Shown: positions 1-8,175, counted from the first letter of the stretch. The stretch: 35,401 nt of DNA from Simkania negevensis (GCA_017116025.1 JAFITR010000001.1:1-35401), one strand, 5' to 3'. Program-made: numbers and translations. Notes: generated by a model not told the origin, from the sequence alone.

Positions 1-56
1 GGGGAGACTCGAGTTTAGCAGTTTTGTCAAAAAATAATCATCTCCCCGGAGGGGCG
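1..56. repeat. Right half of a dispersed palindromic repeat (ctcgagtttagcagttttg), followed by the GC hairpin ctccccggagggg
   Basis: Bases 9-27 are the reverse complement, with 1 mismatch, of caaaactgccaaactcgag found at 16553-16571 and 26139-26157 (partial copy at 35363-35376). Bases 1-16 are identical to 35386-35401. A related GC palindrome, cacccctccggggtg, lies at 119-133. Confidence 0.7.
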
Positions 57-273
57 CACGATTTCCGTAGAAAATCGCCCCCACAATCATATGTTGGTGT
101 GGTTTCTCGGGAGTCGCGCACCCCTCCGGGGTGCAAAATTTTTTACTTCTTTACCCCGGGCTGTGCTCGGGCGCAAGCTCCCTCACCTCATGACCAATTA
201 CTTTATTTACAAGAATGGATAGTCATGGGTATGCTGCGCGTGTATGCTGTGCGTGTTATGAGGTACATTAATT

Positions 274-1161
274 ATGGTTAAGCGTTCTAAGCGAGACGCT
301 TCTTTTACTACCCGTTTGATTGCGATCGTTTGGATTGTCTTGGGAGCTTTTTTTGCTGCTTTTTCGATTAAGGTGTTTTTTATTCCCAACAACCTCATCG
401 ACGGTGGCGTTGTAGGTCTTGCGATGATCGGTTCGCATCTTTTCAACAAATCGCTGCTCCCCTATCTGTTGATTTTGTTCAACCTGCCCTTTGTTTTTTT
501 GGCTTATAAACATATAGGCAAAACGCTCGTTGTTCGGATGATCATAGCCATCTTCCTTTTCTGTATCTTCCTAGTCACTTCTGAATATTTGCCTATGGAT
601 TGGGCCTATTGGGCAGACAATGAACCTTTGGAATTTATCTTTACTGGTGGTGTTGTTTTAGGTCTGGGTCTTGGTTTGATCATCAAAAACGGTGGTTGTA
701 GCGACGGCACAGAGATCTTTGCGATTATCCTCAATAAAAGGATGGGTTTTACTGTCGGCCAGGTCATTTTGACGATCAACATCCTCATCTTTGCCTTGGC
801 AGGCATTGCTTATCAGGACTGGCATACGGCGATCCAGTCGATGTTGACCTATATCGTTGCTACGAAGATCATGGACATCGTTATTGTCGGCTTTGATGAG
901 ACGAAGTCGGTGAAGGTGATCTCTGCACATTCGAAAAAAATTGCCGATGTTCTTATCCACGAATATGGGATTGGCTTGACGGTGATGTATGGCCGTGGAG
1001 GGTTTTCCAAGGAGAACAGCGAGATATTGTATATCATTGCCGAAAGATTGCAGCTGAACGAGATCAAGAATGCTGTGCATAGAGAGGATCCATACGCTTT
1101 CATTGCGGTAGAAAACATTCATGAGGTGATCAACGGCCGTGTCAGCAATATGAAACGATAG
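274..1161 (+). CDS. YitT-family integral membrane protein (DUF161 repeats plus C-terminal DUF2179-like domain)
   Basis: 295-aa ORF. It has several hydrophobic segments, the N-terminal motif FFIPNNLIDGGVVGLAMI typical of YitT proteins, and a soluble C-terminal domain (VKVISAHS...GLTVMYGRGGFS...IAVENIHEV). Confidence 0.75.
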   Translation: MVKRSKRDASFTTRLIAIVWIVLGAFFAAFSIKVFFIPNNLIDGGVVGLAMIGSHLFNKSLLPYLLILFNLPFVFLAYKHIGKTLVVRMIIAIFLFCIFLVTSEYLPMDWAYWADNEPLEFIFTGGVVLGLGLGLIIKNGGCSDGTEIFAIILNKRMGFTVGQVILTINILIFALAGIAYQDWHTAIQSMLTYIVATKIMDIVIVGFDETKSVKVISAHSKKIADVLIHEYGIGLTVMYGRGGFSKENSEILYIIAERLQLNEIKNAVHREDPYAFIAVENIHEVINGRVSNMKR

Positions 1162-1174
1162 CTGAGAGGGGAGG

Positions 1175-2755
1175 ATGGTAGTAGCGCCGCGCATAGGTTC
1201 TGTTAGGATTATTAAGGAATTAGGTAGAGACGTCTACGGCACTCTCTATTGGGCCTATGAAGGCAGGGAGAAGGTGCTGTTGCGCGTGATTGCTCCAGAG
1301 ATCTCCAATGCCGAGAATTTTTTGGTGCGTTTTGAGTTGTTAAAATCCTTGCTCCCTGCGATCAGCCATCAAAATATTGTTGAATTTGTCTCTTTGGGTA
1401 CAGCGGATAATCTCTACTATTTCACTAAGAGGCTATCTGAGGCAGACGTACGGACAACGCTGCAGGAGTTCAAGCCAGATAGCTATGCTAACTCGGGCTG
1501 GTTGAAGGCGTCTATTCTTGAACAGGTTGCTTCTGGTTTGGAGTATCTGGAGGATCTACAAGACTCTTACCATCGCACAGGGCTTGTCCATGGTCACCTG
1601 CATCCGGAGCAGATTCATCTCTTCTTTGAGAAAGAAGAGAGGCCGTCCAGGAATATCGTTGCTAAGATCGATGGTTTTGGCGAACCCTTCCTCTTTTACG
1701 GCGAAGAGGAGTACGCCTTGCTTGTTCATACCATGGCATATTCGCAGCATGAATCTTCTTCGCCGTTGTTTGCTCGAGAACCTTTCCGTTCGTGGAAAGT
1801 GCGCAACAACATGACGTTGACTCACAAAGATGTACAGTACAGTTTTGGAGCTGTAGCCTCTTTCCTCCACACTGGAGCCCCTCCTTGTCGAGGCTTTACT
1901 GATGATGGTTCTTTCAGCCAAACTGACCATAGCGATCAGTGGAAAAAGATCATAACAACCTCTTGTCACGCTCCTTATGGAAGGGGGTATTCCTCTTTCG
2001 GTGATGTCGCAGCTGCTGCAACAGAGTTGCGAATAGGCTATGAAGAGAGCCATCCTGATCTGTTGAAAGCAAAAAAATATCAGCTCCCACCAGGGATGGC
2101 TCTTGTCGCTTTAGACAGTAAAGCAATCTTGGGAGCCAACGATGGATCTGTCGTTGAAAAACCTGCTTTCAAGGGCATCATTTCCCCGTTCTTTATCGAT
2201 ATTGCCCCTGTCACCTGTCAAGAGTTTACAGCGTTTATGCCTTCTTATGCCCCCAGCACCTACTCAAAGAAACCGGATTGCTCTGCTACGCTTGTTTCAA
2301 AGAAAATGGCAAAGGATTACTGCGAATGGCGCAGCAAAGAAGAGGGGCTGGCGCCAGGTTCCTACCGTTTGCCTACAGAATACGAGTGGGAGGCTGCTGT
2401 GCGTGGCGCTACAGGAGAGCAATACCCGTGGGGAGAAGAGATGGATAAGGAACGTCTCTATTGCGGCTATGGAAAAGAGTATGGGACATGCTCTGTTAAA
2501 CAATTTCCTCCGGGGCGGTTCGGACTCTATGATATGCTTGGTAATGTATGGGAATGGACGAGTTCCTTTTTTAGCCCACACCCTCTTGCCAAGGACCTTG
2601 TCAAAGGCTACAGCAGCAAGCTGTACGTTGTTAAAGGAGGATGTTGGCATACTCCGTTGCAACAGTGCCGTGCCAGTTTGCGCGCAGCTTTCCCCGAGTA
2701 TGAAAGGCGTGGTGATATCGGCTTCCGCTGCGTCCGTAGCGTGGATGTGGGATAG
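1175..2755 (+). CDS. Degenerate Ser/Thr protein-kinase-like domain fused to a C-terminal FGE/SUMF1-type (formylglycine-generating-enzyme-like) domain; Pkn1-like architecture
   Basis: 526-aa ORF. The C-terminal half carries FGE-sulfatase hallmarks: YPWGEE, LYDMLGNVWEWTSS, VVKGGCWH, GFRCVR. The N-terminal half has kinase-fold spacing, but HRD is HGH (aa 139-141), the VAIK lysine is Arg (LLRVI), the Gly-loop is GRDVYG and DFG is DGFG. Confidence 0.65.
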   Translation: MVVAPRIGSVRIIKELGRDVYGTLYWAYEGREKVLLRVIAPEISNAENFLVRFELLKSLLPAISHQNIVEFVSLGTADNLYYFTKRLSEADVRTTLQEFKPDSYANSGWLKASILEQVASGLEYLEDLQDSYHRTGLVHGHLHPEQIHLFFEKEERPSRNIVAKIDGFGEPFLFYGEEEYALLVHTMAYSQHESSSPLFAREPFRSWKVRNNMTLTHKDVQYSFGAVASFLHTGAPPCRGFTDDGSFSQTDHSDQWKKIITTSCHAPYGRGYSSFGDVAAAATELRIGYEESHPDLLKAKKYQLPPGMALVALDSKAILGANDGSVVEKPAFKGIISPFFIDIAPVTCQEFTAFMPSYAPSTYSKKPDCSATLVSKKMAKDYCEWRSKEEGLAPGSYRLPTEYEWEAAVRGATGEQYPWGEEMDKERLYCGYGKEYGTCSVKQFPPGRFGLYDMLGNVWEWTSSFFSPHPLAKDLVKGYSSKLYVVKGGCWHTPLQQCRASLRAAFPEYERRGDIGFRCVRSVDVG

Positions 2756-2935
2756 GTTTAGGTAGCCACGAGAGGAACAAGATCTGCAGGATCGTCAAGA
2801 TTCACAGGATCGCTACTTATGAGACAGAGAAAAAACAAAACATAAAAAAATAATATTTACTGAGTACCTCACAAGTAGCGATCCTGTGAATCTTGACGAT
2901 CTTGCAGATCTTGTTCCTTCCGGTGTCTCGTTAAC
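2756..2935. repeat. Long hairpin element, family A copy 1, between convergent genes
   Basis: 45-nt arms at 2774-2818 and 2873-2917 are complementary with 1 mismatch. The 54-nt loop contains the core cagagaaaaaacaaaacataaaaaaataata. The right terminus is ccttccggtgtctcgTTAAcc (GTTAAC at 2930-2935); the left terminus is degenerate. Confidence 0.85.
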
Positions 2936-2963
2936 CGTCTTCGCGTTAAGCTCCGCTGCCTCG

Positions 2964-3557
2964 TTAACCGGATTTCCAGCGGGGGTAGTCGACGTTGTCC
3001 AGTTTTAAGGCTTCTAGGGCTTTGCCAACAATGAAGTCTTCGGCATCGGAAAGGGTTTTTGGCTTCATGTACCAGGCGGGTACAGGAGGTACAATCACTC
3101 CTCCTAGCCGGGCAACAGTGAGCATGTTCTGCAGGTGGAGTTCAGACAGGGGGGCTTCTCTGGGGACGAGAACGAGGGGCCTTCTTTCTTTGAGGGAGAC
3201 ATCGCAAGCACGTCGGAGCAGGTTGTCGGCGATACCGCAAGCAACAGCGGCGAGGGTGGTCATGCTGCACGGTACAACAAGCATACCGTAGGCGGGGTAG
3301 GAGCCGCTGGCGATAGGAGCTCCGAAGTCTTGGATGTGGTATGTTGTGATTGCTTTCCTTTCTTCTGCGGTAAAAGAGAGGTCACAAAAAACTTCGGGTC
3401 CGCGGCATGGTATATCGAGCTCATATACCGTTGTACAGCATGCGGCTTGCGTCATGACAAGGCAGACGTCGTGGTCCATGGCGATGAGCTTACGGACAGC
3501 TTTTTGCGCTAGGACAATACCTGAAGCTCCGGAGATACCTACGATAATACGTGTCAC
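2964..3557 (-). CDS. ubiX: Flavin prenyltransferase UbiX (UbiX/Pad1 family)
   Basis: Contains RIIVGISGASG near the N-terminus plus typical UbiX blocks (VVPCSMTTLAAVACGIADNLLRRA, PLVLVPRE, PAWY). I place the start at GTG 3557, giving a GTGA overlap with the ubiA stop and a GGAG about 9 nt upstream. The longer track ORF (to 3689) would overlap ubiA by 136 nt. Confidence 0.85.
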   Translation of the reverse strand: MTRIIVGISGASGIVLAQKAVRKLIAMDHDVCLVMTQAACCTTVYELDIPCRGPEVFCDLSFTAEERKAITTYHIQDFGAPIASGSYPAYGMLVVPCSMTTLAAVACGIADNLLRRACDVSLKERRPLVLVPREAPLSELHLQNMLTVARLGGVIVPPVPAWYMKPKTLSDAEDFIVGKALEALKLDNVDYPRWKSG

Positions 3558-4414
3558 AGGAGTGCTCCTATGCAGATGATAAAGGCTGATACTCCCACCA
3601 GAGTGTTGCAGCGGAAAAAGAATCTCCCCACTTCGTAGGAATGGAGAGAGAGTTTCCAGTGCATATAGAGAAAGATTGTGGCGATACACCCTACACCGAC
3701 TAGATAGATGATGGCGTGGGAGAGAAAAAAGGAGAGGGCAACGAGGCAGGTGATGGAGGCGATGTGTAGTAGTCGGACGAACGTCATGCTTTTTTCAATC
3801 CCTAGGACGACAGGCAAGCTGACCAACCCTCTTTTTTTGTCGAAAGAGAGGTCTTGCATTTGGTAGACGATGTCTGTTCCTGCGAAAAGGGTGAGGGCGG
3901 CAAGGCCGAGGAAAACGGGAGGCCACGCCCAGACTCCCGTGATCGCTATCCAAGCACAGATGGGCACAAAAAATTGAATCGCTCCCAAGACGAAGTGGCA
4001 CAAGGAGGTGAAGCGTTTGGTATAGGAGTAGCCGATGAGAAGGAGTAGTAGTAGTGGGGAGAGGAGGAGGATGGGCATGTTGATCAAGCCGCAGGTAACG
4101 ACAAAGCCGGCCGCTGCTGTCCAAGCTAATACCCCCACTTGTAAAGGCGTTGCTTCTCCAGAGGGAAGGACACGCATACGCGTGCGCGGATTATCACCAT
4201 CAATTTTTCGGTCAATCAATCGGTTGAAAGACATCCCTGCTGTCCGTGCAAAGAAAAAGGCGAGGACGATAAAAAGCCATTGGAGTGGACCAAACGCCAG
4301 GAGGGGGGTGTTGGGTATGGCGAGAGGGAGTATGGCGCCTGCAAAAGCCCACGGCAGGCCGAACAGCGTTTGTTCAAGCAAGATCAGTCTCCTGAATGTC
4401 TTCCAGACAATCAC
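3554..4414 (-). CDS. ubiA: UbiA-family aromatic polyprenyltransferase (4-hydroxybenzoate polyprenyltransferase-like; could be the quinone-pathway MqnP-type enzyme)
   Basis: 286-aa polytopic membrane ORF. It has the first Asp-rich motif NRLIDRKIDGDNPRT and a second D-containing motif region (YQMQDLSFDKKRG). It is translationally coupled to ubiX. Confidence 0.8.
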   Translation of the reverse strand: MIVWKTFRRLILLEQTLFGLPWAFAGAILPLAIPNTPLLAFGPLQWLFIVLAFFFARTAGMSFNRLIDRKIDGDNPRTRMRVLPSGEATPLQVGVLAWTAAAGFVVTCGLINMPILLLSPLLLLLLIGYSYTKRFTSLCHFVLGAIQFFVPICAWIAITGVWAWPPVFLGLAALTLFAGTDIVYQMQDLSFDKKRGLVSLPVVLGIEKSMTFVRLLHIASITCLVALSFFLSHAIIYLVGVGCIATIFLYMHWKLSLHSYEVGRFFFRCNTLVGVSAFIICIGALL

Positions 4415-4534
4415 TGCACACGCTCCTCTTAGTTAGTCAAGCAGGATAGGCAACGGAGGTTTAATAGGCAACGGGAGGTTAACGCGAATAACAAAAAAAC
4501 ATAAACGCGAAGAGCGCGAAGAAACGCGAAGACG

Positions 4535-4752
4535 ATTAACGAGACAGCGGGAGGAAACGCAAAGACGCGGAGAGCGCAAAGAAACGCAGAGAAAAAACAA
4601 AATATAAAAAAAATAATAAAGACAAGAAATTTATTATAGTATTTTCTGTTTCTGTTTGCTCTACCTATTTTTAACATAAGATATGAATATGTTTTCTCTG
4701 CGTTTCTTTGCGCTCTCCGCGTCTTTGCGTTTCCTCCCGCTGCCTCGTTAAC
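4535..4752. repeat. Long hairpin element, family B (same termini and core as family A, unrelated arms)
   Basis: About 60-nt arms at 4535-4595 and 4691-4752, complementary with 2 mismatches near the tips. Termini are aTTAAcgagacagcgggagg and cctcccgctgcctcgTTAAc. The loop contains agagaaaaaacaaaatataaaaaaaataata. A related partial copy (ataaacgcgaagagcgcgaagaaacgcgaaga) lies at 4501-4532. Confidence 0.85.
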
Positions 4753-4826
4753 CTCCGCGGTTTGCATTTAGATTCGCCGATGTGGTAACTTATTCAACCC
4801 ATTTTGTAGAAGAGGTTAATAGGGAT

Positions 4827-6548
4827 ATGCGTTTTTCGAAGCTGTTTTTTCATACGTACAAAAATGCTCCTGCTGATGCAGACGTCCCTTCGCACCGTCT
4901 GCTCGAAAGGGGCGGCTACATCCGCCGTTTGGGTCGAGGTTTGTACGGCTACACTCCTTTGATGTGGAGGGTGTTGGGCAAGTTGAAGGAGCTGATTCGC
5001 CAAGAGATTGACAAGAGGGGAGGGCAGGAGATTCGTCTGCCGCAGCTACAGCCTGCAGAGCTGTGGAGGCGTTCGGGCCGTTGGGACGAATACCGTGCGG
5101 AGAAGCTGCTCTACTCATTAGAAGACCGCGAAGGAAATGAGATGTGTATCGCTCCTACTCATGAGGAGGCGGTGACGGAGTTTGTCAATAACTGGCTGAC
5201 GAGTTACAAGCAGCTTCCTCTTATCCTCTACCAAATTGCGGAGAAGTTCCGCGATGAGATCCGTCCTCGCTTTGGCTTGATGCGTGCCAAGGAATTCCTC
5301 ATGAAGGATGCATACTCCTTCTGTCGGACAGAAGAGTCGTTGGATGAGCAGTATGGGTCGATGCGTGAGGCGTATATTGCCATCATGGAACGCCTCGGCT
5401 TGCACTACGTCATCGTTAAAGCGGAAGGGGGCAAGATAGGAAAAGGGAAGTCGGAAGAGTTTCAAGTTGTTGCTGATGTTGGAGAAGATACCATCTTGAC
5501 GTGTGGGAAATTTGCTTCCAATGTGGAGGCTGCAGTCTCTCTCCTTGCTCCCTACCCTTACGACAAGGCATTCAAGGAAATCGCCCTGATCGACACGCCA
5601 GGGATTGGTAGTATCGAAGATCTTGTTCAGCCGACAGGTCTTGCTAAACAGCAGATGCTTAAGACGTTAGTCTATCGATTGAGCTATTCAGATCGCGTGG
5701 ATTTTATCGCTATCGGTTTGAGAGGGGATCGGCAAATTAATGAAGCGAAAGTGGCCAGAGAGTTTGCTCCACTTGAGTTGAGATTGGCAAGCGAGGAGGA
5801 GGTAAAGAAGTTGACGGGGGCTTCTACAGGCTTCGCTGGCCCTATTGGTCTTGAGATTCCATTCTACGCCGACCGGTCGGTGGAGCCGATGACAAACTTC
5901 CTCTGTGGTGCCAATCAGGACGACAAACATCACATCAACGTCAATTGGGGTAGGGATTGCCCAATGCCAAAACTAGATGATTTTCTCTTGGCCGAAGAGG
6001 GAGACTTATGCCCAGAGATGCCTGGTTCTACATATGCCCTGAAGCGTGGTATCGAGGTTGGACATATTTTTAACTTGGGATCAAAATACTCCGTCCAGAT
6101 GGACGTCGGCTACCAAGATGAGAATGGAAAGAAGAAACCGTTTCTTATGGGCTGTTATGGCATTGGTGTAGGCAGACTTGCCCAGGCATGCGTAGAGCAA
6201 AATTATGACGATAGAGGCATCGTATGGCCGCCTGCTATTGCTCCCTATACCGTGAATATCATCCCTTCAAATCCGAAGAATGAACTTCTTTACAATACAG
6301 CAGAATCGCTTTATCTCGAATGTCAAGAGGCGGGGATAGAGGTGCTTTTTGACGATCGCGACGAGAGGATGGGTTTCAAGCTCAAAGATAGCGACCTTAT
6401 CGGGATCCCTCTCAAGGTGATTGTCGGCAAAGCGTTTGAAAAGGAAGGGAAAGTTGAAGTGGAGCCACGTCAGGGAGAGAAGCTTTTTCTTCTTCTGGAT
6501 GAAGTTCTTCCCTGGCTCAAAAGAGAGGGGGGGGGTGATGTCGAGTAG
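4827..6548 (+). CDS. proS: Proline--tRNA ligase (bacterial type with editing insertion)
   Basis: N-terminus MRFSKLFFHTYKNAPADADVPSHRLLERGGYIRR and class II motifs (FRDEIRPRFGLMRAKEF, GCYGIGVGRL). I chose ATG 4827; the track ORF starts at an upstream GTG (4782). Confidence 0.95.
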   Translation: MRFSKLFFHTYKNAPADADVPSHRLLERGGYIRRLGRGLYGYTPLMWRVLGKLKELIRQEIDKRGGQEIRLPQLQPAELWRRSGRWDEYRAEKLLYSLEDREGNEMCIAPTHEEAVTEFVNNWLTSYKQLPLILYQIAEKFRDEIRPRFGLMRAKEFLMKDAYSFCRTEESLDEQYGSMREAYIAIMERLGLHYVIVKAEGGKIGKGKSEEFQVVADVGEDTILTCGKFASNVEAAVSLLAPYPYDKAFKEIALIDTPGIGSIEDLVQPTGLAKQQMLKTLVYRLSYSDRVDFIAIGLRGDRQINEAKVAREFAPLELRLASEEEVKKLTGASTGFAGPIGLEIPFYADRSVEPMTNFLCGANQDDKHHINVNWGRDCPMPKLDDFLLAEEGDLCPEMPGSTYALKRGIEVGHIFNLGSKYSVQMDVGYQDENGKKKPFLMGCYGIGVGRLAQACVEQNYDDRGIVWPPAIAPYTVNIIPSNPKNELLYNTAESLYLECQEAGIEVLFDDRDERMGFKLKDSDLIGIPLKVIVGKAFEKEGKVEVEPRQGEKLFLLLDEVLPWLKREGGGDVE

Positions 6549-7962
6549 TGAGCTCGCTTTATACAACACAGAAAAGAGGAAGAAGGAGCTATTTAAGCCG
6601 TTAGAAGCGGGCTGTGTGAAGATGTATACATGCGGCCCTACTGTCTACGACGTTGCTCACATCGGCAACTTTCGTACCTACCTCTTTGAAGATATTTTGC
6701 GTAGGGCGCTCAAATTCTTTGGTATGGCTGTCACTCATGTGATGAACATCACCGATGTTGACGACAAAACAATACGGGCTGCTGTGGCAAAAGGAGTATC
6801 CCTTCAAGAGTATACAGAGCCCTATATACGCTCGTTTTTTGAAGATCTCGATGCTCTCAACATCGAACGCGCTGAACACTATCCAAAGGCGACGGACTAC
6901 ATCTCACAGATGATAGAGATGATAGAGACATTGATGGACAAGGGACTCGCGTATAAGAGCGACGACGGTAGCGTATACTTTGCTATCCGCCGTTTCCCCC
7001 GCTACGGCTGCCTTTCTCATCTCGATATGGATGAACTGCTGGAGGGTGGCTCTATGCGCGTCCATAGCGATGAATACGATAAAGAAAATGCCTCCGACTT
7101 TGTCTTGTGGAAAACGTATGACGCTGAGCGTGATGGCGGGGTTTATTGGGAAAGCCCTTTTGGCCCAGGACGTCCTGGGTGGCATCTGGAGTGTTCGGCA
7201 ATGGCGACGAGCTTGTTAGGAGATACTTTCGATATTCACTGCGGCGGAGTAGACAATATCTTCCCCCATCACGAGAACGAGATTGCACAATCTGAAGGGT
7301 GCACAGGTAAACGCTTTGTCAATTACTGGATGCATTCTGAACATCTCGTTGTTAACAACAAGAAGATGTCCAAGAGCCTAGGCAACTTCTTTACCCTACG
7401 TGACCTCCTATCTAAAGGATATGACGGCCTTGTTGTACGGTATGCTTTGTTTCAGTCACATTACAAGTCGCAGCTCAACTTCACCATCGATGGATTGGAT
7501 GCAGCACGCGCCTCTCTAGAGCGCTTACAGGATTTCATCCATAGGTTGCAAACAGTGCGCAATGATGTCACAACTGAACACCTTTTTCCCCTAATCGCTA
7601 AAGCGAAAAAAGAGTTTTCCCAAGGCCTTGCCGATGACCTTAACACCCCTGAGGCGTTGGCCGCGTTGTTTGACTTCGTTAAAGAAGTCAATATCCTGTG
7701 CGATGAGGGTAAGGTGAGCACAACAGAAGCTAAGGCAGCTCTTGGAATGCTACAGGAGATAAACAGCGTCTTGGGATTCCTCGCTTTTAAAGAAGATGAG
7801 AATGAAGGCGTTCCACAAGATGTCATTGATGCTGTTGCTGCCAGAGAACAAGCACGTAAAACTAAAAATTGGGCAGAAGCTGACGAGCTGCGGAATTTTG
7901 TGCTGAAAAAGGGCTACCTCATCGAAGACTCCCCCAAAGGCGCACGCATCAAAAAGCTTTAA
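6538..7962 (+). CDS. cysS: Cysteine--tRNA ligase
   Basis: Contains MYTCGPTVYDVAHIGNFRTY (HIGH-type motif), WHLECSAM, PHHENEIAQSE and KMSKSLGN. I chose ATG 6538, which is preceded by a G-rich SD and overlaps the proS 3' end by 11 nt. Confidence 0.95.
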   Translation: MSSSELALYNTEKRKKELFKPLEAGCVKMYTCGPTVYDVAHIGNFRTYLFEDILRRALKFFGMAVTHVMNITDVDDKTIRAAVAKGVSLQEYTEPYIRSFFEDLDALNIERAEHYPKATDYISQMIEMIETLMDKGLAYKSDDGSVYFAIRRFPRYGCLSHLDMDELLEGGSMRVHSDEYDKENASDFVLWKTYDAERDGGVYWESPFGPGRPGWHLECSAMATSLLGDTFDIHCGGVDNIFPHHENEIAQSEGCTGKRFVNYWMHSEHLVVNNKKMSKSLGNFFTLRDLLSKGYDGLVVRYALFQSHYKSQLNFTIDGLDAARASLERLQDFIHRLQTVRNDVTTEHLFPLIAKAKKEFSQGLADDLNTPEALAALFDFVKEVNILCDEGKVSTTEAKAALGMLQEINSVLGFLAFKEDENEGVPQDVIDAVAAREQARKTKNWAEADELRNFVLKKGYLIEDSPKGARIKKL

Positions 7963-7963
7963 G

Positions 7964-8170
7964 GTTAACGAGGCATCGGAAGGAACAAGATTCATAGGCA
8001 GCGGAAAGGAACAAGATCTGCAAGATCGTCAAGATTTACAGGATCGCTACTTGTGAGGCAATCAGTATATATTATTTTTTTTATGTTTTGTTTTTTCTCT
8101 GCCTTATAAGTAGCGATCCTGTAAATCTTGACGATCTTGCAGATCTTGTTCCTTCCGGTGTCTCGTTAAC
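7964..8170. repeat. Long hairpin element, family A copy 2, between convergent cysS and lysS
   Basis: Perfect 45-nt arms at 8008-8052 and 8108-8152. Termini are gTTAAcgaggcatcggaagg (7964-7983) and ccttccggtgtctcgTTAAc (8151-8170). The 55-nt loop is the reverse complement of the copy 1 loop. Confidence 0.9.
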
Positions 8171-8175
8171 CGCCG

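Noticed and set aside
24-281. 85-aa + strand ORF at the window start
   Set aside because: It lies entirely within palindromic or GC-hairpin repeat sequence, has no SD and has odd composition. The repeats explain the open frame.
3558-3689. N-terminal 44-codon extension of the UbiX ORF
   Set aside because: It would overlap ubiA by 136 nt. The UbiX fold starts at RIIVGISGASG, and a GTG with an SD and a GTGA stop/start overlap is present at 3557.
4429-4767. 112-aa minus-strand ORF between ubiA and proS
   Set aside because: It is encoded by the two complementary arms and the A/T-rich loop of hairpin element B. Its repetitive R/A/F-rich translation is an artefact of the repeat.
6421-6537. Upstream extension of the cysS ORF
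   Set aside because: It overlaps the proS 3' end in another frame. The CysS homology starts at MSSSELALYNT and ATG 6538 has a strong G-rich SD.
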